Positions 46,884 through 57,298 of a DNA stretch of 64,000 bases are shown here, one piece after another. The stretch spans positions 95,213 through 159,212 of the forward strand of contig CAWIIS010000006.1 in the NCBI GenBank assembly GCA_963836175.1, given 5' to 3'. Position 1 is the first letter of the stretch. Each line of letters begins with the position of its first letter. Made by a program: the position numbers and the translations under genes. Origin of the DNA: Nitrospirota bacterium. GTDB lineage: Bacteria > Nitrospirota > UBA9217. The notes under the pieces are model-generated. The model was not told the DNA's origin. It was given only the letters and a program-made list of their open reading frames with translations, and did no database searches.

Positions 46884-47795
46884 TCAGGTCCGGACGCATC
46901 GCGGCTCCGGCGCGGACAGGACGCCGGTGTGGTGATAGGCATGGGCAGGACAGCCGCCGTGGCACAGCGCGTGAAGACCGCAGGTCCTGCGCGGGCAGCG
47001 GTTGCCGGCAAACTCCTTGAAGAAGGAAAGCACGGGATGATGCCAGAGGATATCCAGCGGATCGGTCAGGATGTTGCCAAGCCGGAAATCGGGCTTGCCG
47101 AAGAACAGGTTGCAGGGATAGACCGAGCCATCGGGCATGATCCCGAGCTTTGTCGTGCCGGCGGGGCACCGCACCTTTGCCAGCTCCGGGTATGCTGCGT
47201 CCGGCAGAAAACCCGAACAGAAAACCGTTCCAACGTTCTGCCTGTTGAAGTGGCTTGGTGCCGCAGGGAAAAACTCATCAAAGGGGACCGTGTCTCTGAG
47301 CTGCGAAGCTTCGAGTGCATCTTTATACAGCAGGTAAAAGGTCTTCGGTTCTTGCGAGAGGATTTCCTGAACCAGATGAACATCGAGCGTTCGGGTGTGG
47401 ACCATCTTTACAACCGGCCGATGGTCATGGATGAACGTGCGGACCGCGGTGAACGTTGCGCGGTCGTTGATCGAGATGCCGATCGAAAGATGATCGAACC
47501 CGGCAAGCAGGTCCTGCAGCTGCGGGAGGTTCGTGCCGTTCGAGCTCATGTTCACGCGCAGGCCCCGGCGTCCGGTTTCGCGCAAAAGGCCGGGCATGTC
47601 ATGGTGAAGCGTCGGTTCGCCGCCCATCAGGTCGATCGTGGTAACGGGCCACTCACGGAGCCGTCCGAGCATGGTTCTGAAATCGATGAGCTGCATGTCC
47701 TCCATGAACGGCATCGTGTGGTTGAAGCAGAACGAGCAGGACCGGTTGCACCGGAGCAGCGGATAGAGCTGGATGTAGTCAGGGCCGGTTCTCAT
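46884..47795 (-). CDS. Radical SAM / SPASM-domain protein (second copy in the window, unrelated in sequence)
   Basis: 303-aa ORF with CX3CX2C (CNRSCSFC), GGEPTL, and C-terminal Cys clusters (RCPAGTT...YPCN...CGLHALCHGGCPAHAY). Confidence 0.85.
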   Translation of the reverse strand: MRTGPDYIQLYPLLRCNRSCSFCFNHTMPFMEDMQLIDFRTMLGRLREWPVTTIDLMGGEPTLHHDMPGLLRETGRRGLRVNMSSNGTNLPQLQDLLAGFDHLSIGISINDRATFTAVRTFIHDHRPVVKMVHTRTLDVHLVQEILSQEPKTFYLLYKDALEASQLRDTVPFDEFFPAAPSHFNRQNVGTVFCSGFLPDAAYPELAKVRCPAGTTKLGIMPDGSVYPCNLFFGKPDFRLGNILTDPLDILWHHPVLSFFKEFAGNRCPRRTCGLHALCHGGCPAHAYHHTGVLSAPEPRCVRT

Positions 47796-47802
47796 AAATT
47801 CT

Positions 47803-47834
47803 ATTGCGGATTTCGGATTGCGGAATGCGGAATG
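47803..47834. repeat. Heptamer-type REP-like repeat (attgcggatttcggattgcggaatgcggaatg)
   Basis: Same family as 3301..3412. It starts 8 nt upstream of the radical SAM start codon. Confidence 0.75.
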
Positions 47835-47870
47835 AAAACCTTAACATTTCGCGTCGTTACTATTTCCGCC

Positions 47871-47922
47871 ACTTCTTTATCCTCTCCCCAGCGGGGAGAG
47901 GGCTGGGTTAGGGGGACTTTCA
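47871..47922. repeat. REP-like palindromic element (third copy of the ctctcccc...ggggagaggg family)
   Basis: acttctttatcctctccccagcggggagagggctgggttagggggactttc. It is nearly collinear with 28511..28558. Confidence 0.8.
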
Positions 47923-47931
47923 ATTTACTTA

Positions 47932-48790
47932 TTAAATAACGAAGCACCTACCCTTCTTTTTGATAAACCCTTCCTTCTCCATCTGCACAAGATTGTTCTT
48001 CACCCGCTCCGCTTCCATGGCAACCTTCTTCACGATCTGCAGGGCGGTGAGCGGCGCGTCAGCGACCAGGACCTTGAGTATCCTGCCCCGTACCTGCCGG
48101 TTCGAGTTCTCGAACGGGGACTGGCGAGTATAATGCGCGCTCCTTCGGTTGGGATTGGCATGCTGCTGCTTCAGCATGGTCCCGTAATCCATGAGAGCAT
48201 TATACCATTTCCGGGGGTCTGCAGGGTCCAGGGTCCGCTCGACAAACGGAATAAGCTCGTCATCATGGATACCCTCCTTGTCCTGAAAGAACTCGTGGAT
48301 ATAGACGCGGCGGATGTTCGTGTCCATGAAGACCACGGGCTTGTTGAACGCAAAGGCCATGACCGCGCCTGCGGTGTATCTGCCGATGCCCGGGAGCGCA
48401 AGAAGCTGCTCACGCTCGGACGGCAGCCTGCCTCTATGCTCTTCCATCACTTTTTGCGCGAGCGCTTTGAGCGCAAGGGCCCGGCGGTTGTAGCCCAGGC
48501 CGGACCAGAGGGAGAGCAGCTTCGGAAGCGGGGCTTGTGCCAAGAGCGGCAAAGTCCGGAAAGGCGGAAAGGAAATCCCTGTACTTCCCGATCACCCGCT
48601 CGACCTGCGTCTGCTGGAGCATGATCTCGGACACGAGAACGCGATAAGGGCTTCTCGTTTTCCTCCACGGCAGGTCGCGTCCGCTTGCGTGGTAATGGCC
48701 GTATACCTTCTTCCGGAATGCCCTGACTTTTGCGGGGGCAAGTGTTCCGTTGTTCTTCGCTCGAAGCTGCGTTATGGTCTTTCTCTTCAT
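47932..48790 (-). CDS. MutY/Nth-family HhH-GPD DNA glycosylase with a C-terminal winged-helix-like tail, one frame change
   Basis: ORF 48434..48790 has the N-terminus (RDLPWRKTRSPYRVLVSEIMLQQTQVERV). ORF 47932..48552 has WSGLGYNRRA, LPGIGRYTAGAV (HhH-GPD) and a C-terminal segment without the 4Fe-4S Cys cluster. Confidence 0.75.
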
Positions 48791-48817
48791 GATTCGTTCC
48801 GGGCAGGCAGCAATGAT

Positions 48818-49381
48818 TTATTTTTTTCTGAGCAGCACATAGAGTGCGCCAAGACCGCCGTCACACTGGCGCGCGGTGACAAAGGCAATGAGGTCCTTCC
48901 GGTAGCGCCCCGCAAGCCGCTTCACGACCCATGCCTTGATCTGCGGCCCCTTGACGGAACGGAGGCCTCTGCCGTGAATGATCTTCACACAATGCAGCCC
49001 CTTTTTAAAAGATTCGTCAAGGAACAGCGCAAGCTCATCGTCCGCCTCCATAACGGTACATCCGTGGAGATCGAGAAAGGCCTGGACGGAAAAGCGCCCC
49101 GCGTGCAGTTCCGGGAGGATGGTATCGTGATACTCCGGGCTCACCCATTCCACGTATTCCTGCGTGTCCGGCAGGTGCATCGGCCGGTGTCCTGCCGCGA
49201 TCTCGCCGAGGACCGCAAGCGCTGCGCCGTCCGGGTCGCGGCATTCGGCAGACGTGACCGTCTTCCGGTGATGTTGAACACAGGGGAGCGCCCTGAAGAC
49301 TTCGATCTCCTGGACATCGCGCATCTCGCTGCTGAACAGCTCTTCGTCCGTGTACTCTTCTTTTTTCTTTTGGCGCGGCAT
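48818..49381 (-). CDS. Smr-domain protein (SmrA/YdaL-like)
   Basis: ORF 48818..49573. The conservative start is MPRQKKKEEY at 49381. The Smr core is LDLHGCTVMEA...LHCVKIIHGRGLRS...GGLGALYVLLR. Confidence 0.8.
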   Translation of the reverse strand: MPRQKKKEEYTDEELFSSEMRDVQEIEVFRALPCVQHHRKTVTSAECRDPDGAALAVLGEIAAGHRPMHLPDTQEYVEWVSPEYHDTILPELHAGRFSVQAFLDLHGCTVMEADDELALFLDESFKKGLHCVKIIHGRGLRSVKGPQIKAWVVKRLAGRYRKDLIAFVTARQCDGGLGALYVLLRKK

Positions 49382-49593
49382 TGGAGGAGGCGCAGCTGAT
49401 GCCTGCTGCTCCAACGCTTTTCGGAGCTTTTCAAAAGGACGACGGGGAAAATATCGCCTTCCTGTTGCGCATGGAGAATTATAACCGATTTGCGCTTGTA
49501 TGGCGATAGGGACTTGGTCAATGCCGAAGATGGAGGCCTTAGAAACAAAAAACCCATGCCGATTGGTCGGCATGGGCGTGAAAGAAAAAGATC

Positions 49594-49963
49594 AGAGCGG
49601 GTCGTAAGCCGAGTTCTGTCCTCTCGGTTTCCCGGAAGTGGTGATCATTTATCTGGGCCTTCGATTGCTCGAAAGCACGAGCGATCTACCCGGAAGTCTC
49701 GGACGGGCCGTCCTTACTCCCGATTGCTCGGGAGACGCTTCCCTATGTGACCTTGCTCCAGGCGGGGTTTTCCAAGCACTCCCGGTCGCCCGGGAATCTG
49801 GTGGGCTCTTACCCCACCGTTTCACCCTTACCCTTGCGGGCGGTCTTCTTTTCTGTGGCACTATCCATGGGGTCGCCCCCTGTCCCGTTTCGGGACCGCC
49901 TTGCCCTGCGGAGCTCGGACTTTCCTCCCTCCGTTGCCGGAGAGCGATCACCTCACCCGCTCT
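49594..49963 (-). ncRNA. rnpB: RNase P RNA, bacterial type A
   Basis: The minus strand reads AGAGCGGGU...GGAGGGAGGAAAGUCCGAGCUCC...GGUAAGGGUGAAACGGUGGGGUAAGAGCCCACC...ACAGAACUCGGCUUACGACCCGCUCU. The universally conserved CR-I, CR-IV and CR-V blocks and P1 pairing between the two ends are recognisable. Confidence 0.93.
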
Positions 49964-50153
49964 GAATGTGAAAACAGGAGCCTGAAGTCAGGAGACAGAA
50001 ACCAGAAGAAAGCCCACAGTACAATGCAGTTCCTTCTGAATTCTGACTCCTGGCTCCTGACTTCTTATGTTATCTTCTCATCGATCGCCTTGTTCGCCAG
50101 AGCATCCGCGTCACGGTTCTGTTCCCGCAGAGCGTCGTCGGAACTCCGTGCTC

Positions 50154-50880
50154 TCAGGAGACCTTTTGCGCGTTCGCTTCCTTATAGTACAGAATGCGGT
50201 TGCAGTTGGGGCAGGTAATGATGCTGGCGTTCTTTTTAACGTTCACATACACCTGCGGGGGAATGCTCATGTAGCAGCCGGAACAGGACTCCGCACGCGC
50301 CTCGGCAACGGCGAGGCCGGCTTTGGTTTTCAACAGCTTTTCATACAGGAGCTCGTTGTGGGCTGGATCCTGCGAGGCGATTTTTCCTCTGGCCTGCTCC
50401 ACCGAGTGCAGTTCTATCTCGATCTTCGCAAAGTCGGCCTCATGCTGTTTCTGTTCGGCCTGGATCGAGACCTCCTCCTCACGCAATCGCTGCTCGGCAG
50501 CTTTGATCGCCGCCGAGGCGACATCGATCTTTTCCATGAGCGAGATAATATCATCCTCGATGGTCTTATTCTCCAGTTCACCCGTTTCTATTTCCTTCAG
50601 CAGCGCCTGGTATTCCTTGTTGTTCTTGATCTCCGACGAGCGTGTCTTCAGCTTCTCGACCTTCTGCACCCCAGCTTCCAGGTCCTGATCACGGTCCCGC
50701 TTGTTTCTTCTGTGCGGCCAGAAGAGCTTCTTTTGAGCTTTCGAGTTCCGTCTGGCTTGCGGTGCGTTTGCATTCGAGGTCAGCCAGCGCCTCGGGCAGC
50801 TTTTTTTTCTGTGCGACAAGCGTGCGGATATTTCCGTCAATTTCCTGAAGCTGTATAAGTAAGCTGAGTTGTTCGTCCAT
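50154..50880 (-). CDS. COG1579-type coiled-coil protein with a C-terminal C4 zinc ribbon, one frame change near 50700
   Basis: ORF 50689..50880 has the N-terminus (LSLLIQLQEIDGNIRTL). ORF 50154..50891 carries the rest (KNNKEYQALLKEIE ... CSGCYMSIPPQ...CPNCNRILY). Confidence 0.75.
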
Positions 50881-50888
50881 CGCCCCTC

Positions 50889-50918
50889 CAAAAATAAAAA
50901 TGCGCCTCTCGGCGCATT
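50889..50918 (-). terminator. Intrinsic terminator downstream of the tRNA
   Basis: Minus strand: aatgcgcc gaga ggcgcatt followed by TTTTATTTTT. Confidence 0.7.
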
Positions 50919-51022
50919 CTTGTGAACTGAGACCTACCGTGCTGTCAGCAGGCAGATACCCGTGTTAAACTTCGCTGTCGATGAGATCCCCTGCATCTGC
51001 TGTACATCCTTCCCTCAGAGAG

Positions 51023-51098
51023 TGGTGGGCCCACCAGGACTCGAACCTGGGACCAACCGGTTATGAGCCGGTAGCTCTACCAACTGAGCTATGGGCCC
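51023..51098 (-). tRNA. tRNA with anticodon CAT (Met by anticodon, but with tRNA-Ile2/lysidine-like features), CCA encoded
   Basis: Hand-folded cloverleaf: GGGCCCA-TA-GCTC-AGTTGGTA-GAGC-T-ACCGG-CTCATAA-CCGGT-TGGTC-CCAGG-TTCGAGT-CCTGG-TGGGCCC-A-CCA. Confidence 0.9.
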
Positions 51099-51220
51099 TG
51101 CGGAAAACGTGTTCAGAATGATCGTTGTGACCTGCAGGCCTTTCACAACGAGCTGCATCTTGCCACAACGCTTGGAGAATGTCAAGAAAACGCCGGTGAA
51201 CCGTCAGTAAAAGGTCCTCG

Positions 51221-53050
51221 TTATTCCATGAAGCTCTTCAGCTGTTTGCTTCTGCTGGGGTGGCGCAGTTTCCTGAGTGCCTTCGCTTCGATCTGCCGGA
51301 TGCGCTCGCGCGTCACGTCGAACTCCTGGCCGACCTCTTCGAGCGTATGGTCCGTCTGCTCGCCGATGCCGAACCGCCAGCGGAGCACCTTTTCTTCCCG
51401 CTCGGTCAGCGTGTTCAGCACCTTGCGGACCTGCTGGTGCAGGTTCTTCCGGATGGCCGATTCGAGCGGCGAGGCCACCTTCTTGTCCTCGATGAAATCA
51501 CCAAGGTGGCTGTCCTCTTCCTCGCCGATCGGCGTTTCCAGAGATATGGGCTCCTTGGCGATCTTCATGATCTTGCGCACTTTTTCGACCGGCAGTTTCA
51601 TCGTGGCAGCGACCTCTTCGGTGGAAGGCTCCCGCCCGAGGTCCTGCACCAGCCCGCGCGAGGTGCGGATAAGCTTGTTCATGGTCTCGATCATGTGCAC
51701 CGGGATGCGGATCGTCCTCGCCTGGTCCGCGATCGCCCGCGTAATGGCCTGACGGATCCACCACGTGGCATAGGTGCTGAACTTGTACCCGCGCTGCCAT
51801 TCGAACTTGTCAACGGCCTTCATGAGGCCGATGTTCCCTTCCTGGATCAGGTCCAGGAACTGGAGGCCCCGGTTGGTGTACTTCTTGGCAATGGAGACGA
51901 CCAGCCGCAGATTGGCCTCAACGAGCTCGCTCTTGGCGTACTTGGCCCGCTCTTCAGCGCGCTCGTAGGACCGGAGCGCCTTTTTCAGGTCCTCGGCAGG
52001 CACGCCGCATTCTGTCTCGACCTTTTTGATGCGCTTCCCGGCATTGCGGTAGGTGCGCTCGACCGCCAGCAGGGCCTCCTGCCGCATCTCGAACCGCCGT
52101 GCGGCGTTCTTGAGCTCCCGCTCGCCCTGGCGCATCCGTTTGAACGCGTCCTTCAGATCGGTCAGGGACCGGCCGGTCTTGCGTTCGAGCCCGTGGATAT
52201 CCCGCTCCGACTGCAGGATTTCGCTCACGAACTCCCGGAGCTTCATGACGACACGGTCCGTCTGACGGCAATGGATGTTCAGCGCCTCGAGCTTGTCGAA
52301 AAGGGCATACCGCGTGGTCTGGATCTTTTCACGCAGGTCCTTCTTCTTCGCCTCGGTGCAGCGGCTGCTGGCCACGTGGTTCACGAGCGTGTTGAGGTCC
52401 TTGCTGTGCCGGTCGATCTCGCCGATCAGCTTGAGCACGCGGGCGTGCACTTCTTCCTCGTTCTGCGTCTGGATATCCTCCAGGTCGTCCTCGCCGGCAT
52501 GGACGACCTCATGGATGCTGATCTTTCCCTTCCGCAGCTTGTCGCCCAGGTCGTGCACATCCTGGAGCGAAAAAGGCAGGCTGTACAGGATCTGGGACGC
52601 CTCACGCTTCCCCTCTTCGATCCGCTTCGCGATCGAGACCTCGCCTTCCTTGGACAGGAGGGGCACCGTCCCCATCTCCTTGAGGTAGAGCCGGACCGGG
52701 TCATCGGTCTTCCCCACGCCGACCTCGACCTCTTCCTCCTCGGCCTCTTCCTCGGCCGCCTCGTCGAGGCTTGCTTCCTCGCCCTCAGCGCCTTCCTCCA
52801 GCTCATCCTCGGCCGGCTGACGCGTCTTGCTGTCGTGCCGCGTATCGGTTATGTCGATGTCGAGCTCGCCGTCCCCGAACAGCGAGATGATGCTGTCCAG
52901 TTGCTCCGTGGAAACATCCTCCGGAGGGATCGCTTCGCTTGCTTCCTCGTAAGGCATGTAGCCCCGCTCGGCGTTTTTCGCTGCCGGCTTTTTCGTATCC
53001 CCTGTCTTGCCCTTCTTTACCATGCGCTGGTGCTCCTTTACGTGCTGCAT
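51221..53050 (-). CDS. rpoD: RNA polymerase primary sigma factor RpoD
   Basis: 609-aa intact ORF with an acidic region 1.1/NCR, region 2 ([53 protein letters not shown]), region 3 and region 4.2 ([20 protein letters not shown]). Confidence 0.97.
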   Translation of the reverse strand: MQHVKEHQRMVKKGKTGDTKKPAAKNAERGYMPYEEASEAIPPEDVSTEQLDSIISLFGDGELDIDITDTRHDSKTRQPAEDELEEGAEGEEASLDEAAEEEAEEEEVEVGVGKTDDPVRLYLKEMGTVPLLSKEGEVSIAKRIEEGKREASQILYSLPFSLQDVHDLGDKLRKGKISIHEVVHAGEDDLEDIQTQNEEEVHARVLKLIGEIDRHSKDLNTLVNHVASSRCTEAKKKDLREKIQTTRYALFDKLEALNIHCRQTDRVVMKLREFVSEILQSERDIHGLERKTGRSLTDLKDAFKRMRQGERELKNAARRFEMRQEALLAVERTYRNAGKRIKKVETECGVPAEDLKKALRSYERAEERAKYAKSELVEANLRLVVSIAKKYTNRGLQFLDLIQEGNIGLMKAVDKFEWQRGYKFSTYATWWIRQAITRAIADQARTIRIPVHMIETMNKLIRTSRGLVQDLGREPSTEEVAATMKLPVEKVRKIMKIAKEPISLETPIGEEEDSHLGDFIEDKKVASPLESAIRKNLHQQVRKVLNTLTEREEKVLRWRFGIGEQTDHTLEEVGQEFDVTRERIRQIEAKALRKLRHPSRSKQLKSFME

Positions 53051-53089
53051 CGAATCACTGTATCGCCAAGAGCGATAGACAATTGGTTT

Positions 53090-54893
53090 CTATTCCGTGC
53101 TCGTACCCGACTTGCCGGGGATCTTCCTTCCCGGTCTCCTGCTCAGTTCCAGCTGTTCTTCCGTGAGTCGTTTTATCGTTGCGACGTCGCCTTGCGCTTC
53201 CGCTTCCTGAATTGATTTAATCAACAACTTCATTTTCTTTTCCGGGTCTTTTTGCTTGATGACCTCTACACAATCCTGAAACGATTTCGCCGGGTCTTCA
53301 TAGACCATATCGAGCACGGCATAATGGGAGATGAGGTTCTTCAGTTCCTCGTCCTCTTCCCGCAACAGAGCGCTGGTGTCCAGTTTTCCCTGCTCGTCCA
53401 GCATCTTGAAGATCCGTTCCACGGCACGCTGGAACAGGGGGTCGGTAAAATCGCGGGGCTCGATCCGGTCCTTCAGGCTCCGCGCGATCTCCTCGTCTTT
53501 CAGCATCAGATGGATCAGGATCTCCTCTGCCCGGGGCCGGCGCCGTCCTGCCGCGTGCGCGACCGGAGCGTTCCTGTCTGCCGGCGCGAAGGGCAATTTC
53601 ATCGTCTGCTTCGGCATCTCCTGACGGAGAACGGTCTCGTCCAGATCGAGGATCTCCGCCGTTTTCTTGAGGTAATGGTCGCGTTCGATCCCGCTCGGGA
53701 GCCTTGAGATATACGAGAGCATCTCCTCCGCTTTTTCGATCTTTTCATCGATGCTGCGGCTGGGACTGCTCTTCACCACCTGTTCGATCACGAAGTCCAT
53801 GAACTTGGATGACTCGCGCAGCCGGGCGGCAAAGGCCTCCTGGCCCTGCTTCTGCAGGAACGTGTCCGGGTCATCGCCGCCCGGCAGGGACACCACGTTC
53901 ACCTTCATGCTGCTTGATACGAACAGATCGAATCCCCGGAGCGAGGCCTTTACGCCGGCCGGATCGGGGTCGAAGATCAACACGAGCTTGTCTGCGAACC
54001 TCCGCATCAGGCGGAGATGCCCGTCGGTAAGCGCCGTTCCGAGCGTTGCAACAGCGTTCCGGATGCCGTACTGGTGGCAGGCGATCGCATCAAGGTAGCC
54101 TTCGACGATGATGAAGTATCCCTGCTTGCGGCCGTGGTCCTTGGCCATGTCCAGTCCGTACAGCACGTGGCTCTTGCTGTACAGCGCTGTTTCCGACGAG
54201 TTCAGATATTTGGGCAGGGAGTCGTCCATCACCCTGCCGCCGAAGGCGATCACCTGGCCGGTCATATCGCGGATCGGGAAAATGATCCTGCCGCGGAACC
54301 GGTCGTAATATCCCTCGCCCTCGCTCCGCTTGACCACCAGCCCGGCCCGTTCCATCTGGCTAGGCGTGTAGTTCCGGTGTTTCAGGTGCTTCAGCAGGCC
54401 GTCCCATTCAGGCCGCACATAGCCGAGCGCAAACTCCCTGATGATCGCATCGCTGACGCCGCGTTTCCTGAGATACTCCCGCGCTGCGCTTCCTGCGGGG
54501 CCTTCGAGCTCTTTGTTTGAAGTACTCCGCTGCTTCGGCGACGATCTTGAGGAGCGTCTTTTTCTCGTCCTCGGACCTTTTGTCCTGCCGGTGGTCCCGG
54601 TTGTCCTGCGGCAGCGTGATGCCTGAGCGTGCCGCCAGGGTCTTGATCGCTTCAGGAAAATTCAGCCCTTCCTGCAGCTCCACAAACTTGAAAACGTCTC
54701 CGCCGACGCCGCATCCGAAACAGTGAAAGATCTGTTTTTCCGTGTTCACGTTGAACGACGGGGTCTTTTCCGAATGAAAGGGGCAGAGGCCCAGCCAGTT
54801 CTTGCCCGTCTTCTTGAGCGCGACGTATCCTGAAATCAGATCATAGACATTGATGCTGTCCCGTACCCGCCTTATGACATCCTCGGAATACAT
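53090..54893 (-). CDS. dnaG: DNA primase DnaG, with one frame change near 54510..54525
   Basis: ORF 54408..54893 has the zinc-binding domain (CPFHSEKTPSFNVNTEKQIFHCFGCGVGGD). ORF 53090..54418 has the RNA polymerase/TOPRIM core (IVEGYLDAI, LIFDPDPAG) and the C-terminal helical domain. Confidence 0.93.
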
Positions 54894-54894
54894 C

Positions 54895-57285
54895 TTATTT
54901 CTTCAGCTCCACAACAGTGACGCCGGCGCCGCCTTCGGCGGGCTCGCCCGCCCGCGTTCCCGCGACCAGCGGGTGATGCTTTAAATAGCCGGTCATGGCG
55001 GTCTTGAGCGCCCCGGTCCCCAGTCCATGGATGATCGTCACCACGGACAGGCCGCCGAGCCCCACCCGGTCGAGGTATCGATCGACCTCGGCAAGCGCCT
55101 CGTCCACGCGAAGACCGAGAAGGTTCAGCCGGTCCGGCGCCTGCTCCAGTTCCATGAAGGTCCGCACCCCATCCCGGCGCTGCGGCCTTTCGCGGCCGCC
55201 CTCGCTCGCCGGGTACCACCTCTTCCGCCGATATTTTCAGCGTCTTCCCGTCGAGCTCGATCTCCAGAACGCCGTGCTGTACGCTCAGAACCGTGCCGCT
55301 CCTGGCGAGGCGGGGGACCCTGACCTGGTCGCCGGGATGCACGTCCGGCATGCAGCCGGAAGGTACGCGTCTCTGCTCGACCTGCTCGGGCTCGAGCGTG
55401 CGCGCAAGGGATTCGATGTCCGAGCGGACGTTCTTGATCGCGGTCTGCTCCAGAGCCTTCACGTTCGAAAGTTCCCTGAGCTTCTGCCGCATCAGCGCAA
55501 GGACGTCCCGGGCCTCCTGGTGCGCCTTGGCCCTGACCGTGCGGGCTTCTTCTTTTGCCGCCTGCAGCGCGGCCTCGGTCTCGCCCTGTTGCTGCCGGAC
55601 CAATGCGAGATCCCTGGCAAGGACATCCCGTTCGCTCTCAAGCCGCTGCGTGTCCTGCTCCACCTGGCGCAACAGCGTTTCGAGCCGGGCGTCGTCCTCA
55701 CTGAGCCGGGCGCGGGCGCGCGTGATTACGTCATCCGGTATGCCGAGCCGGGCAGCCATATCCAAGCCCGTAGCTTCTTCCCGGCCTGCCCGGCGTCAGG
55801 CGATAGGTGGGCTGCAAGGTCGCCGGATCGAACTCCATTGCCGCATTCACAGCGCCGCCGGTCTCCGCTCCGAACAGCTTCAGCGCATTCTGGTGCGTCG
55901 TGATCATGGTGACGCATCCCCGTTCGATCAGGCTTTCGAGCACTGCCGCGCCGAGGCCTGCCCCCTCTGCCGGGTCAGTTCCCGAGCCGAGTTCATCGAG
56001 CAGCACCAGGGAATGCTCGTCTGCCAGCCGGAGGATCTCCGGCAATCTGGCTCACGTGGGACGAAAAGGTGCTCAGGTTCTGTTCCAGGCTCTGCTCATC
56101 GCCGATATCGGCGAAAAAGGAGCCGAAGCAGGGAAGCTCGCTTCCCTCTGCTGCGGTAACGGGCAGGCCCGCCTGCGCCATGAGGCAGAGAACACCCACG
56201 GTCTTCAGGACCGCTGTTTTACCGCCGGCATTGGGTCCGCTCAGGACCAGGACCCGCGCATCCCTGCCTATCACAATGTCGTTCGGCTGGATCTTGTCCG
56301 CACCACCCGCGGTTTTCGCCTTCCAAAGAAGCAGCGGATGGCGCGCAGAGCGGAGCCGAACGTCGCCTTGCATTGACAATGCCGGCACTGCGGCCCCGTA
56401 TTCGATGCCGAAGCGCGCTCGTGCCGCAATTGCATCGATCGCCGCAAGCGTTCCGGTCATAGCCTCGATCGGTTCAACCTCCTGCGCAAGCATACCGGTC
56501 AGTTCCCGCAGGATGCGCTCAACCTCTTCGCGTTCTTCCATGCGAAGTTCGGCGAGGCGGTTGTTCTGTTCCAGCACTTCAAGGGGCTCGACAAAGAGCG
56601 TGGACCGCGAGCCCGATTGTCCGTGCACAACCCCCCGGATGCTCTGCCGGAAGTTCGGCTTGAGCGGGAGCACATAGCGGTCGTCCCGCATCGTGATCAC
56701 CGGCTCCTGCACGACCTTCTGAAAGGACCCGTCCTGCAGAATGCCGGACAGGCGGCCCAGGATATCGTCGCGCATCCTGTTGATCTGCTTCCGCACCCTG
56801 CGGAGCGCGGGGCTGGCCGAATCTCTGACCTCCGCCTTCTCATCAATGGCGTTTGCGATCGCGTCTTCGATCTGCGGCAGCGGCTGGATGACCGCGGCGC
56901 GGGCGCGGAGCAGGGGAACTCCCTGACGCGCCAAGCCGCCCTTTTCTCCGATACGTTCGAAAAAACCTTTGATCCGCCTGCCGGCGCCGAGCGTTTTTGC
57001 GATCTCCAGCAGCTCCAGCGGCGCCAGCGTCATACCGCTGACACGAAGCTTGTCGACCGATGCTCCGATGTTCAGGATCCCGTCAAGCGGCAGGTTCTCT
57101 CCGCTCAAGAACAGCCAGGTGCATTCCTGCGTTTCCTGAAGCCGCTCCGCCACAACAGCCGGCGACAACGCCGGCAGCAGCTCGGAAACAGCGGCCCGGC
57201 CGGGCTCTGATGCGGCAAATCCGGCCACCAGGCTCCGCACCTTGTCATACTCCAGGACCTTCAGGGTATGTTCGTTCATAGACAA
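54895..57285 (-). CDS. mutS2: Endonuclease MutS2 (MutS ATPase plus C-terminal Smr), with several frame changes
   Basis: ORF 55993..57285 has the N-terminal and core domains with Walker A (LSGPNAGGKT). ORF 55731..56045 has LVLLDELGSGTDP. ORF 54872..55765 has the coiled-coil linker. ORF 54895..55167 has the Smr domain (LNLLGLRVDEA...VTIIHGLGTGALK). Confidence 0.9.
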
Positions 57286-57298
57286 AAAACGCGACCGG

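Noticed and set aside
46836-47939. 367-aa plus-strand ORF
   Set aside because: It is antisense to the radical SAM/SPASM gene, whose CX3CX2C and SPASM cysteines are on the minus strand.
51023-51098. tRNA gene as an integration site for a genomic island
   Set aside because: Both sides are core genes (rpoD and a COG1579 protein). There is no integrase, no partial tRNA duplicate and no compositional shift.
51260-53215. 651-aa plus-strand ORF, the longest non-annotated ORF in the track
   Set aside because: It is exactly antisense to rpoD and the dnaG 3' end. Its composition is Leu/Arg/Pro/Gly-rich and low in complexity, as is typical of shadow ORFs in GC-rich DNA, and no motif is recognisable. 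The minus-strand rpoD is unambiguous.
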